From Octopus sinensis (Eukaryota), in contig NC_043000.1 in assembly GCF_006345805.1 (NCBI RefSeq), positions 620,001 through 684,000 of the forward strand: DNA of 64,000 nt. The letters are read 5' to 3'. Made by a program: the position numbers and the translations under genes. Under the pieces are notes generated by a model. That model did no database searches and was not told the DNA's origin. It worked only from the letters and a program-made list of their open reading frames with translations. Shown in pieces: positions 51,700 to 64,000 of the stretch (its first letter is position 1; each line of letters starts with the position of its first letter).

Positions 51700-52100
51700 A
51701 TCATAATCTATGGTTCTCTAGTCAAACTAGATCTCAGATTCTTCTCATCACTTAGAAAAAAGATACTGCATTTACCATCAAAACTCACTTCGCCTCATAT
51801 CATAGAAACTTCTATTATTCTATGAATTCTAATCTCTGTCTAATTACTTGTTTTTCCCGACATCAGTCACAACTAGTTTCTTGTTATTCATAGCAGTTCT
51901 TTTGCCGTTCACATCCCGGTGTCCTTCACTAATAAGCCTCTTTGCTGTTTGCCGTTCCTAGTTCTTCACTGCTGTTAGCGATCAAGCAGAGTTCTCATAA
52001 AACTGCATGTAATTATTCGTACAAAATTCATTTTTATACATTGGCACTTTTACTTAAATTTTCTTTATTTAAAATTGAATAGTAAAACAGATGAAATTAT
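51700..52100 (-). mobile_element. Possible Tc1-like remnant
   Basis: Minus strand VSFFLSDEKN resembles VIFSDEKKF; otherwise eroded. Confidence 0.3.
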
Positions 52101-52379
52101 ATTTAATAAAAAGTAAATATTTTAATCAAATAGCCATCCGAATAAAAACAAATAATGAAGTAAAATTTTCGATTTAAGTCAATTCCTGATCAATGCATTT
52201 TATCAACTCTGGAAGGATGACTCGCTAAGTGAACTACTGTAGGATTTGAACTCAAAGCTTAACGCGACATAGTCGAACATCATAAAATATATTTTCCTTC
52301 TGCCACCCACCGAAATAGAAACTTTAAATTTTGATTTTAAGTTTTAGCATATGACCAGTGATTCCGGGCGATGGAGCGA

Positions 52380-53350
52380 GTCGATTATATCGACCCCTGT
52401 GCTCAACTTGTACTTATTTTATCAGTATCGAAAGGACGAAAGTTAAAAGTCAATACCGGTGGAATTTGAACTCAGAACGTGAAGACGGACGAAATACCGC
52501 AAAGCATTTTGTCCAACATGCTATCGATTATGCTAGCTTGCCGTTTTAGAAACTGTGAATATTCTATTCTACTCTGGGCACAAGGCCCGTAATTTTGGGA
52601 AGGAGGTCAGTCGATTAGATGAGCCCAAGTACGCAACTGGTACTTAATTTACCGACCCCAAAAGAATGAAAGGCAAAGTTGACCTCGGCGGAATTTGAAC
52701 TCAGAACGTAAAGTCAGTCGAAATACTGCTAAGCATTTCGCCCGGCATGCTAACGATTCTTATTTCTTTATTTTCAACAAGGGGCTAAACATAGAGGGGA
52801 CAAATAAGGACAAATTACGTCGATTACATCGTCCTCAGTGCGGAACTGATACTTAATTTATCGACCCCGAAAGGGTGAAAGGTAAAGTCGACCTCGGCGG
52901 AATTTGAACTCACAACGTAACGACAGACGAAATACCTGTTTCTTTATTACCCACAAGGGGCTAAACACAGAGAGGACAAACAAGGACAGACACACGGATT
53001 AAATCGATTATATCGACCCCAATGCGTAACTGGTACTTATTTAATCGACCCCGAAAGGATGAAAGGCAAAGTCAACCTCGGCGGAATTTGAACTCACAAC
53101 GTAACGACAGACGAAATACCTGTTTCTTTATTACCCACAAGGGGCTAAACACAGAGAGGACAAACAAGGACAGACACACGGATTAAATCGATTATATCGA
53201 CCCCAATGCGTAACTGGTACTTATTTAATCGACCCCGAAAGGATGAAAGGCAAAGTCAACCTCGACGGAATTTGAACTCAGAACATAGCGGCAGACGAAA
53301 TTTTGCTAAACATTTCGCTCGGCGTGCTAACGTTTCTGCCAGCTCGCAGC
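52380..53350 (-). mobile_element. Family C SINE cluster with ~184-bp tandem units
   Basis: GGATGAAAGGCAAAGTC..GAATTTGAACTC recurs near 52661, 52872, 53057 and 53241. Confidence 0.85.
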
Positions 53351-53979
53351 TTTTAGAAACTGTGAGTATTGAGAAATATGTGCAGAAATAATTTATCAGC
53401 ACACGAAATATGAAGACTGAAATTTATTTTAAAAGTAAATTAAGGCAAATTATAATCTTTTATGGTAAACGTATAACCATCGTTCTCACCTTAATGAACA
53501 TAATGAAATTGTTACGAAATTCACCTCACAATCACAAGGTCGTGACTCACACTGCAACGCGTGACACTTTCAATATATGTTTTTCGCTATAGTTTCAGGA
53601 TTACTCAAGTCTTGTGAATGAAATTAGACAGAAACTGTTGTGGGATTCTAACGTAATTCAAATGAGCCAGGTTTATCACAACTATATTATGCTGATAATA
53701 CTCTGATTCTGCCTGAGATTACACATATATGTCGAATATACACATAAAAGTGTATCCAATGAGCGGGTAGTTCCTTTGAAGAGTCATCATCGAAAACAAT
53801 GGAGACCCAGTTATCATTTATAACGCCATGTTGGTATATCAATTACAAGTACTAAGGCGGTGAGCTGACGTTCACCCTTTCGGAATCAACAAAATAAATA
53901 CCATCTGAGTACTGGGGGTCGACGTAATCGACTAGCCCCTCCCCACAAAATTTCGAACCTTGTGCCTATCATAGAACGA

Positions 53980-54040
<61 letters not shown>

Positions 54041-54041
54041 T

Positions 54042-54080
<39 letters not shown>

Positions 54081-54582
54081 ACCGAATATATTACTATAAT
54101 TACCATCAAGATATAGAAAGCCTCTAGCCGGCTTTTCTCTCTGCTAGAAATAGAAAACAGCTTCTCCTCAAATCTCATCCTTCAGTTTTGAAAAAGGGAA
54201 CGAAACGCTGTATAACAAGCCTTGTAGTCAAATAACGAACGAGAGAGTGATTCCAGAAATACTTTTGATCATAGATCTGCGTGATCTGGTTCGACCTAGG
54301 GCTAAACGCTAACGACAATCACACCTAAGTTATCGTCGCAACAGTCAAAAATAAGATGACAACTACAACGACAATGACCATGGCTATGGCAACCATTGTA
54401 AACGCCATCAAGATAGCTACCTAGACAATAACAACAACAACAACAATAACGACAACAACAACAACAACAACAACAACAACCACCATAATAACACCATTGC
54501 AGTTAGTTTTTTCAACGACCTTAAATCACTAATTCTATAGCTACTAATTCTGTAGCTGTCACCATATCTGCAATCTCACTAT

Positions 54583-54589
54583 ACTACTG

Positions 54590-54643
<54 letters not shown>

Positions 54644-54688
54644 TTACTACGACGACGATGCCCACCACCACCACCACCACCACCACCA

Positions 54689-54749
<61 letters not shown>

Positions 54750-54791
54750 CACGACGACGACGACGACCACCACCACCACCACCACCACCAT

Positions 54792-54835
<44 letters not shown>

Positions 54836-54950
54836 ACGTCGCTACTACGTCGTATTGTGTAGATATGAGGCCACCATGCTGTGACGACAAATCCTCAAAT
54901 CCCCAGAACACCCTGCATCCCCCCACCACCACAACCACCATCACCACATC
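54583..54950. repeat. (CTA)n/(CCA)n/(CGA)n microsatellite
   Basis: Direct inspection. Confidence 0.95.
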
Positions 54951-55680
54951 CTATCGTTGTAATTTGACCCTGTCGTCATCCTCTCTACGCTGTCCCATCG
55001 CTCCTCTCGGGAGAAGGCAGATTACCCTCCGTATCACTGTTTTAATCAGTAATAAATCGATATTGTTGTTTGATCACTGGTTGTATCATTGTCGTCACCG
55101 TGGAAATGACATGGCTGGGTGGTAACGTGATGGGATTTAGAAAGCAAAAACAAAATGCAAAAGGGAGAAGAGAAAGAGAGGGGGAGGGAGAGCAGGAGTG
55201 AGAGAGAGAGAGAAATAAGGAAATATACGGGGAGGTGTGCAAGTGTTAAGAGAAGTAGTAAAAAAAATTACGATTCTAGTGTATATGGTATGGGTGTTGG
55301 CTGCTGTGGTAGATGCAGTAGTAATAAAGTTGCGGATGTAGTACTGGGATAGTGGTGGATATTGTGGCAGTACAGTGTAGTTTGTAGTGGCATTGTAAGG
55401 TTGGATATATATATAAGGCGGTGAGCTGGCAGAATCGTAAGTATGCCGGATGAAATGCTTGGTGGTATTTCGTCCGTCTTTACATTCTGAGTTCAAATTC
55501 CGTCGCGGTGGACTTTGCTTTCCATCCTTTTGGGGTTGATAAAGCCAAGACCACTAACAAGTTTTTTTGGTTGGATATGTTGAATACTGTGACAATGGTT
55601 GAGGTAGATTATGACATCACGCACACATATACAGAATATAAAATCTACACTACTATAAACACACATACACACACGCACGC

Positions 55681-55753
<73 letters not shown>

Positions 55754-55820
55754 AGAACTTTTTGCGTAATGAGATAAAAAATCAGGGCTGTGTACATATC
55801 AGAACATTTATGGATAGAAG

Positions 55821-55872
55821 GTCTTACAGCTGTTTCCAGGATATTTATTAATTATATCCCTTCATCGGAGAC
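55821..55872 (-). ncRNA. Degenerate minimal hammerhead
   Basis: GTCT-CCGATGA-AGGGATAT(loop)ATATCCTG-GAAA-CAGCTG-TA|AGAC; palindromic stem III; U4C change and A-G at the helix II base. Confidence 0.5.
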
Positions 55873-56181
55873 TATGTGAGAGGATGGTAAAGTAATAATT
55901 AATTTAGATGGGATACAAAATAGATGTGAGATATGTAGGGATATTGAATTTGTAGATCCATTTTTTAGGCAGAATGGCAGTACTGGGATAGTGGTGGATA
56001 TTGTGGCAGTACCAAGATTCCAATACCTTATGGGAAAAATCCAACAGCATTTTAAATTATTCATTAGTAGAGAGTTGAGTTAATCTCAGATGATTTATGT
56101 AAATTTAGAATATTAAGTTCAATAAATATTAATATAACATAACATCAAGCGCCGAGTAAAAAATATATGTGTGTAAAATGG

Positions 56182-56220
<39 letters not shown>

Positions 56221-56333
56221 ATATTTCGGATGGTCATATTGCCAGTTTAGCCAATAAAAACACACGCACTATATATTTTGTGTTATTTTGCTTCAGTGAT
56301 ATTTATTTTTTACATTAATCTTAATCTTATTTC

Positions 56334-56378
56334 GGCCAGAGTCCTTTCGTCACACTCCTGTGACCGCATCAGTGGTCC
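56334..56378 (-). ncRNA. Degenerate hammerhead-like motif
   Basis: GGACCA-CTGATGCG-GTCACA-GGAG-TGTGAC-GAAA-GGAC-TC|TGGCC; A9 position altered. Confidence 0.4.
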
Positions 56379-57649
56379 TTTGTTTTCTTCTTACTTATTT
56401 GTGTCTCTCCTTACTAACCGTCAGCCATTTTGTATTTCTATTGTATATAATCCATTTTACACACATATTTTTTACTCGGCGTTTGATGTTATGTTATATT
56501 AATATTTATTGAACTTAATATTCTAAATTTACATAAATCATCTGAGATTAACTAGAACATTTGTCCTTCCAAGATTAGTAAAAATATATACCAGTTTAAT
56601 ACTGGTATCGATATACTCTATCAAGGTATTGTACAAATTTGTGACCAATTTTAGAAATCAATATTTATAAGAACGATTGTGGATTGGCCAAATCCACAAA
56701 TACTAATCTTCAATCCTGAAAAGCGGTTGTAGATTGTAGAACGGTGGAAAAAGGCGAATTTCAAGGTTTTCTAATTAATTGATAAATCGCAACAAATGAT
56801 TGGTTTGATTCTCGTGGCCGGTTCTTTGCTCATTTTCCCATCTTCACATTGTGCTTGCATGGTTATGATTTTCTTTAATGTTCACACACACACACACACA
56901 TACACACACACACACACGCGCGCAATACGTCTTCCTATTCTGATATGCAAAATGCAACAAATTTTTGTTTTTATTCCTTGTAAATCGGGTCTAACCGATC
57001 GAATAAATCTTGGGAAGAGAACTAAGAGAACTCATTGACAAGAATGTGGTGCAAGTGAATCGAAATTCTCGATTTTCATTGACGTATTAGCGTTAGCAAA
57101 ATGCAGGAGGTAGAGGCACAAACGCACCATCAACTCATATATGTATATATATGAATACACACATAACATCAAATATGAATATATACATATATAGCACGCA
57201 TTCCACTCAAACAAACGTATACCGTGTGTAATACAACATATTCTATTTACACTAATGTATCAAACATCGTTGTTTGTTTAACCATAACTATACAGTCGCC
57301 ATTTTGTTTACACACACTCGTGGCCGCCAGCTTGTCAAAACATGCCACTTCGACTAACATTTAACCTCTAACCCCTGCTTACAACTGAAATCTCCGTACA
57401 ATAAATATAAGACGAACATTTTTCATGAGTAGGGAGTTAGCAATTCAGCGTTTTTAAGAATTAAACATTATGTTTATTAACAAATTATATTCGAAAAGTA
57501 TTGCATGGTCATGGTTTGACAGTAGAGTGCTGTACTGATTGACTGTCAGTGACGATTAATGGTTAAGCGTAATTAGCTACGTTCCAAACCAGGTATCGAA
57601 TGAATAAACAAAGCTAGCTCATCTGTAGTTGATATTCTGGAATTATGTG

Positions 57650-58172
57650 CCTATTTCTTTACTACCCACAAGGGGACAAACAAGGGCAGACAAACGGATT
57701 AAGTCGATTATATCGACCCCAGTGCGTAACTGGTACTTATTTAATCGACCCCGAAAGGATGAAAGGCAAAGTTGACCTCGGCGAAATTTGAACTCAGAAC
57801 AAGGACAGACAAACGGATTAAGTTGATTATATCGACCCCAGTGAGTAACTGGTACTTATTTAATCGACCCCGGAAGGATGAAAGGCAAAGTCGACCTCGG
57901 CAGAATTTGAACTCAGAACATAGCGGGAGACGAAATACCTATTTCTTTATTACCCACAAGGGGCTAAACACAGAGGGGACAAACAAGGACAGACATAGGT
58001 ATTAAGTCGATTACATCGACCCCAGTGCGTAACTGGTACTTAATTTATCGACCCCGAAAGGATGAAAGGCAAAAAAGACCTCGGCGGAATTTGAACTCAC
58101 AACGTAACGCAGACGAAATACCGCTAAGCATTTCGCCCGTCGTGCTAACGTTTCTGCCAGCTCGCCGTCTTA
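57650..58172 (-). mobile_element. Family C SINE with tandem internal units
   Basis: Three Nin/Deu-like domains of variable spacing; head at ~58170. Confidence 0.85.
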
Positions 58173-58899
58173 TTCTGGAATTATGTGCCATCTTGGTCAA
58201 ATATAGTTTGCATACCTAAACACACACCGGTTGTTGATTGGACAATTTTGTTACTTTACTGTTATAGGTTCTTGGTGTTGTAAGATAAGTAAATACTAAC
58301 CATTGATGTAGGGAAGTTCTGGCAGAATTATTAGTACATCGAACAAAACGTTTAGAGGTATTTTTTTCGGATTTTTACATTCTGAGGTCAAATCCTCCCG
58401 TTATCAACTTTATCTTTCATCCCTTCGGGGTCGATAAAACAAAATACTTGTTAAATACTGGAGTCGAGGTACTCGACTTCTCCTCTCAAAAATGGTTGAT
58501 CTTAAGCACTGAAACAGATCGGTGTCTCGTTCAGGGAAATGTTGGTCTCTGGCACTTATACCTCCATGAAACCGGGTAAGCGGCTTGTGAGTAATAGGAC
58601 ACAAAAGAAAAAAATACAGATTAGTGTTTATCGATTCAATAAAGATTTACAGTCCTTATTCTATTAATGTCTAGTCTCAAACCAATGTTAGAAATGTGTA
58701 TTAGAAAATCAGGAATTGTTACAATGATGAATCAAATGTATTTCTGTATTCAGTTAAGCCCTTTTGTGTTAGAATTAATTTCATCGGTGTCAATATAGTT
58801 AACACCGATAGTATTATATCCCCATCTGGGCGAAATAAATAAATCTCCTTTGCTGTTGTTGATGTTGTTTTGTTGTTGTCATCATTCTTGAGAAATCAT

Positions 58900-59527
58900 A
58901 CTTATAATTAAAGGCGTTCCTTTCGTGAATATCCAGTAGTATTTTCGCGTATACCAGAAATTACATTTTCCAATGTGTCTTTCCTTATTCTAAATGATAG
59001 TCAGGGGGACTTCGCTGTAATTTTTAGCAAATTGATCGACCGTGTAGACGCATCCTTTCTGATCGTCTCAGTTGATTTAATCGACTTTATTTACTTCACT
59101 TTCTCTGCGATCAGTCCGACAACTATTCAGGCAACGTCGATTTGATAGAGGGAGTGAGATAATGTACTGCACATTTCATAACTATAAACAAATCATTTGT
59201 GCAAGTAGTTCAGCTAAAGCTCAACACTCAACGGTTTTCGATTCCGTTGTGTGGCTTTTCGGGAAAGAGTGTTGTCTCTTACTAGAAACTCGGTTCGATT
59301 CTGGCAACCTGACAGATATTATAAGGGTGTTCGTCGAATGGTTTGTCTTTGTAAATCAAATATGGCGTTGTATATTTAATCACGTGGAGGTCTTATTCTT
59401 CATTTTTTTAATATTAGGAGTGAAATTACCGGGAGTGGAATTGACTGGAAGTCAAATTACCGGGGGTCAAATTAACGGAGCCAAAATACCGGGAGTGAGA
59501 TTACTAGGAATCAAATTACCTAGAACC
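58900..59527 (-). mobile_element. Possible MULE/Phantom-like remnant with 15-bp subterminal repeats
   Basis: About seven degenerate GGAGTGAAATTACC(G) repeats at 59417-59527; eroded minus-strand ORF. Confidence 0.3.
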
Positions 59528-59544
59528 GTGTATATCAATATGTG

Positions 59545-59790
59545 GAAGCGTGTGGCTTAGTGGTTAGGGTGTTAGCACCATAATCGTAAGATTGTGGTTT
59601 CGATTCCTGGACCGGGCGAAGCGTTGTGTTCATGAGCAAAACACTTCATTTCACGTTGCTTCAGTCCACTCAGCTGGCAAAAATGAGCAACGCTGCGATG
59701 GACTGGCTGGGGAACACATACGCCATAGAAATCGGGAAACCGGGCCCATGAGCCTGGTTAAGCTTTGAAATAGCGCATTTATTATTATTA
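59545..59790 (+). mobile_element. Family D SINE
   Basis: GGAAGCGTGTGGCTTAGTGGTTAGGG (A box), GGTTTCGATTCC (B box), GAGCAAAACACTT..GCTGCGATGGACTGG, tail GGAAACCGGGCCCATGAGCCTGG..GCGCATTTATT. Confidence 0.8.
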
Positions 59791-60303
59791 TATTGATTCT
59801 CCCATAAAGTTGCACTAAAGATACAAGTATCTCTGGAATACTCAGCCACTTAAATACTAGTTCAACAATATACCGTTTTATTGATAGAAAATCTGAAACA
59901 CTCATCACCAAAACCGATGAAAATCTATTTTACAAAAAGCTGAAAGAAATATAGAAAAAATATATATTTAAGGTGGGATAGTCGAGGCTGGAACGCCTTT
60001 GACCTTGTCTAGTAGATAAGGAAACCGGGCCCATGAGCCTGGTTAGGCTTTAAAAGGGCGCATTTATTATTATTATATTTAGTCACATTGATTCTCCCAT
60101 AATGTTGGACTAAAGATACAAGTATCTCTGGAATACTCGGCCACTTTAGTACTAGTTCAACAATATTCCGTTTTACTGATAGAAAATCTGAAACACTCAA
60201 CTGATGAAAATTTATTTTACAAAAAGCTAAAAGAAATATAGAAAAAATATATATTTAAGGTGGGGTAGTCGAGGCTGGAACGCCTTTGACCATGTCTAGT
60301 CGA
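59735..60303. repeat. Old ~285-bp tandem duplication
   Basis: 59735-60018 and 60020-60303 align throughout with indels. Confidence 0.9.
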
Positions 60304-60569
60304 TAGGATGCATAAAAAGCAACAAAAAACAACAATTTACGCACATCTAGACATGGCAATCCAAAATGTGGAGGGAAACCGGCATGCAAATAAACACACG
60401 TGTCTATGATGAGGTCAGAATGGTTTTGTTCTTATTTTTGATTGTTGTTGTCCCTAACTAAACATTGTTATATGACAGTATCGTGTGAATTTCTGTTTAA
60501 GTTGGGTAATTGTGTTGTTGTTGTTTGAGCATTTGACATTGTTTGTACTGCAACATCATCTCGGTACTC

Positions 60570-61200
60570 CAATCACCACCAGCACGGCCAACACTAGCAG
60601 CAGCAGCAGCACTGGCACCATTGCTACCACCAAAACCACAGCCAAAACCACTAGCACCACCACTACCACTATCGCCATCACTATGACCACCATTACCCTT
60701 GTTATCGTCCATGCCACCAGCGCTAACAATATATCACCAAAACTACCCCCCGGAAAATTCACATCTCTATTACCTCACCACCACCACTACCACAACCACC
60801 ACCATCACCACGACCACGACCACGACCACCACTACCGCCATCACTATGACCACCATTACCATTACTACCATTATTACCGTCACTAACAATATATCACCAA
60901 AACTACCCCCGGAAAATTCCCATCTCCATCACCTCACTACCACCACCACCACCACCACCACCACCACCACCATCACCACTACGACCATCACCACCACGAC
61001 CATCATAATTCCTACCACTACCACCGCCTTCACCACTACAATCCCTAGTATCACCGTTACCGCTACCAATACTACCACTATGACCATCGTGGCTACCACC
61101 GATGTCACTATCACCAATACCACTATCACTAGTACTAAATTATCATCACCAACAGCACCAACACCACAACCACCATCAGTACCATGACCAACACCACTAC
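60570..61200. repeat. Complex (ACC/ACT)n repeat with unique linkers
   Basis: Linker TAACAATATATCACCAAAACTACCCCCGGAAAATTC occurs twice, ~160 bp apart. Confidence 0.85.
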
Positions 61201-61942
61201 CTTCACCGAGACACGAACTGGCGCACATGTTTACCATACACCTATCAACCTTATCAGTAAATATATATATGCATAATACACATACGCGCGCGCACACACA
61301 CACATGCACACACACTATATATGAATGTATTCACACACACACACACAACACACACACACACAAAGACGGGGTGGTTACGTAGCTAGGAAGAGTGAGAAAG
61401 AAGGAGAGAAAAGAGTCACATACATGCACAGAAAGATGGAGAGTTACATATCTGGATAAAATGAAAGGGTGGGGAGAGAGGAGTGAGGCAGGCAGGCAGG
61501 CAGGCAGGCTGACAAAGACATAAAGGAGGACGAGCGACGGGAGGAGGAGGAGGAGGAAGTAGAGGAGGGTAGTTATTTGATTAGCATAGCACCGAATTGT
61601 CATGGGTCAACTTTGACCTTTCAAATGTGCTTAAACTAAGAGGAACCGGAAAATAAAGTCTAGAGCATCGTTCTGCTTGCGTTAATCTTGTAGAAAAATA
61701 CCGAAGACGCAATAAGAAAAAACAACCTGTAAAGAGAAAGAAATTCACCTGAGATGATCGGTGAGGTGGGCCGCAGGAAAAGATAATGAAGAAAAGGAAG
61801 AAGAACGTAATGTAAGAGATGTGGAGATTAAAATTTTTATATGAGACCAGGTTTAGTCCTGTCGGAGATAATGTCATAGTTTGAAAGCGTATTAAACGAG
61901 GGTGGTGTCATTTAATACTGGATGAGGCTAACAGAGTCAAAA

Positions 61943-62270
61943 GGCGGCGAGCTGGCAGAGACGTTAGCACGCCGGGCGAAATACTTAGCGGTATTTCGTC
62001 TGCCGTTACGTTCTGAGTTCAAATTCCGCCGAGGTCGACTTTGCCGTTCATCCTTTCGGGGTCGATAAATTAAGTACCAGTTACGCACTGGGGTCGATAG
62101 AATCGACTTAATCCGTTTGTCTGTCCTTGTTTATTCCCTCTGTGTTTAGCCCCTTGTGAGTAGTAAAGAAATAGGTATTTCGTCTGCCGCTACGTTCTGA
62201 GTTATTTAATCGACCCCGAAAGGATGAAAGGCAAAGTCGACCTCGGCGGAATTTGAACTCAGAATTTTTG
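61943..62270 (+). mobile_element. Family C SINE with an inverted internal fragment
   Basis: Full head-to-unit copy 61943-62200 then reverse-orientation fragment 62203-62263. Confidence 0.85.
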
Positions 62271-62309
62271 TCCATGTTGTGTGGACAAAACATATGTATT
62301 ATGTGCTTG

Positions 62310-62496
62310 TTTGTCTGTGTTCGACCCTAACGATCCCATGACAACCGATGATGGTGTGTTTACATCACCGTAACTTAGCGGTTCTACAAAATAGACCAAT
62401 AGAATAAGTACTAGGCTTACAAAAATAATTCATGAGGTCGGTTTGCCAGCATGGTAACAGTCAAATGGCTGAAACAAGTAAAAGAATAAAAGAATA
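62310..62496 (+). mobile_element. Family B SINE, 3' half
   Basis: GACAACCGATGATGGTGTGTTTAC...CAAATGGCTGAAACAAGTAAAAGAATAAAAG. Confidence 0.75.
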
Positions 62497-63066
62497 TAAA
62501 GAACATTATTATTCATAAGAAATAATATTAGTGGCTGCAAGCAAAAAAAAACGTACAGGCAAATTAATAAATATATATAAAAATATATATAATTAGGGTA
62601 TTAAGGAGCACCAGCTTTGCTAAGAATAAGAGTCATAAAAGACCCCGAAACCGCAAGAATTATAAGGACAGACAAGGGGGATTAAGTCGATTACATCGAC
62701 CCCAGTGCGTAACTGGTACTTAATTTATCGACCACGAAAGGATGAAAGGCAAAGTCGACCTCGGCAGAATTTGAACTCAGAACGTAACGGCAGACGAAAT
62801 ACGGCTACGCATTTCGCATTTCGCACGGCATGCTAACATTTCTGCCAGCTGGCCGCCCCTTTTTTTCTCACTATACCTGTAAAAATTCAACGGTATTTTA
62901 AGTCTCGTGGTTTCGGGGTTTTTTTATGACTCCTATTTTTAGCAAAGCTGTTACTCCTAAGTACCCATATATATATATAATTATATATATTTATTAATTT
63001 ACCTATACGGATTTTATGCATGCAGCCACTAATATTATTATTTCTTATGAATATTAGTGTTCTTTA
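62497..63066. mobile_element. Foldback-type MITE with ~170-bp imperfect TIRs, TA flanks, family C SINE inserted centrally (~62666-62858)
   Basis: TAAAGAACA..TTCATAAGAAATAATATTAGTGGCTGCA pairs with TGCAGCCACTAATATT..TTTCTTATGAA..TGTTCTTTA; TA at 62495-62496 and 63067-63068. Confidence 0.8.
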
Positions 63067-63399
63067 TATATTTATGTGTGTGTATATATATATATATATA
63101 CAGGAACAGCCAGGAACAGTCTTCGCTACATTTGCGGTACCTGCCAGAGGGAATGTTTGTCCCGGATAGGACTACACAGCCACAGCAGGAAATGTATCAG
63201 GACATGAAATGTAAAAGCCGGACTAGACTACTTTATGCGCAACTCCATTGTCTCCCGAGACAAAAAGGATGCCAACAACAACAACAACAACAATATTTAA
63301 AGAGCTGTAACTAAATACCACCAAGTTATTTTCTCTAATAGTATAATGATTGGGCTAATTCACCGCCCTAACTATGATTATGCTGATGATGAGGATAAC

Positions 63400-63478
<79 letters not shown>

Positions 63479-63724
63479 CAACAATAATAAGGACAATAGT
63501 CATTTCTATTATAGGCACAAGGCCTGAAATTTTGCAGGAAGGGGCTTGTTGACTATATCGACCTCTGATCTCCACTGGTACTTATTTTATCGATCTCAAA
63601 AGGCTTAGTCAACTTCGGAATTTGGACTCAGTATAATAAGGATAATAATTTCAATAATAAAAGAAAATAAGATAATGTGAAAGAAGAGGACAGGAGAAGA
63701 AAAAACAGAGAAGAATGGTGAAAA

Positions 63725-63990
63725 AAAAGGCGGTGGTAGTGGTAGTGGTAGTGATTATGGCGGTAGTGGTGGTGGTGGTGGCGGTGGTGGTGGTGGTGGT
63801 GGTGCTGGTGCTGGTGAGGTGATAGAGGTGATACTAGGGATTGTAGTGGTGAAGGCGGTAGTAGTGGTAGTGATTATGGCGGTAGTGGTGGTGGTGGTGG
63901 TGGCGTTGGCGGTGGTGGTGGTGGTGGTGGTGGTGGTGGTGGTGGTGAGGTGATAGAGATGGTAATTTGCCGGGCGTAGTTTTGGTGAGA
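63725..63990. repeat. Complex (GGT/AGT)n repeat, inverted relative of 60880-61060
   Basis: GGTGATACTAGGGATTGTAGTGGTGAAGGCGGT is the reverse complement of ~61024-61056. Confidence 0.8.
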
Positions 63991-64000
63991 AAAAAGATGG

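Larger units (their letters stand above)
55770..56553. mobile_element. Penelope-like remnant with ~110-bp inverted repeat
   Basis: Arms 56078-56189 and 56444-56553 are near-exact reverse complements; two hammerhead-like motifs on the minus strand. Confidence 0.55.

Noticed and set aside
52600-53350. Regularly spaced repeats resembling a CRISPR array
   Set aside because: Units are whole ~184-bp SINE-derived repeats without unique spacers; eukaryotic context; no cas genes.
61700-61760. Minus-strand acceptor(s) and a 25-nt microexon (LFFLIASS)
   Set aside because: Splice-like motifs are frequent by chance in pyrimidine-rich sequence; no independent support.

Overview
AT-rich, repeat-saturated animal genomic DNA, most likely an octopus/cephalopod scaffold (inferred from the tRNA-derived SINE families, TA/TACA/GATA/TAA microsatellites and a 100-N gap at 12564-12663). 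I could not confidently identify any host protein-coding gene. Most ORF-track entries are microsatellite artefacts, and the recognisable coding remnants all belong to transposons: CR1/L2-like and RTE-like LINEs, many R4/Dong-like RLE retrotransposons abutting (TAA)n, mariner/Tc1 and Helitron fragments. The most interesting element is a 959-bp, near-identical, ORF-less repeat at 24382-25340, inserted in (TA)n. It has a 362-bp unit in tandem plus an inverted copy, and each copy carries a minimal type I hammerhead ribozyme with a U3-A8 (instead of C3-G8) core and a palindromic stem III. It is a candidate young Penelope-associated retrozyme/circRNA system. Further degenerate hammerhead-like motifs lie in other TA-flanked or inverted-repeat elements. 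Other observations include a CR1-like LINE and a SINE sharing a 3' tail, triply nested transposons with intact TSDs, SINE-derived tandem arrays and several low-confidence exon/promoter candidates. All calls come from reading the sequence by eye; no database search or folding computation was run.
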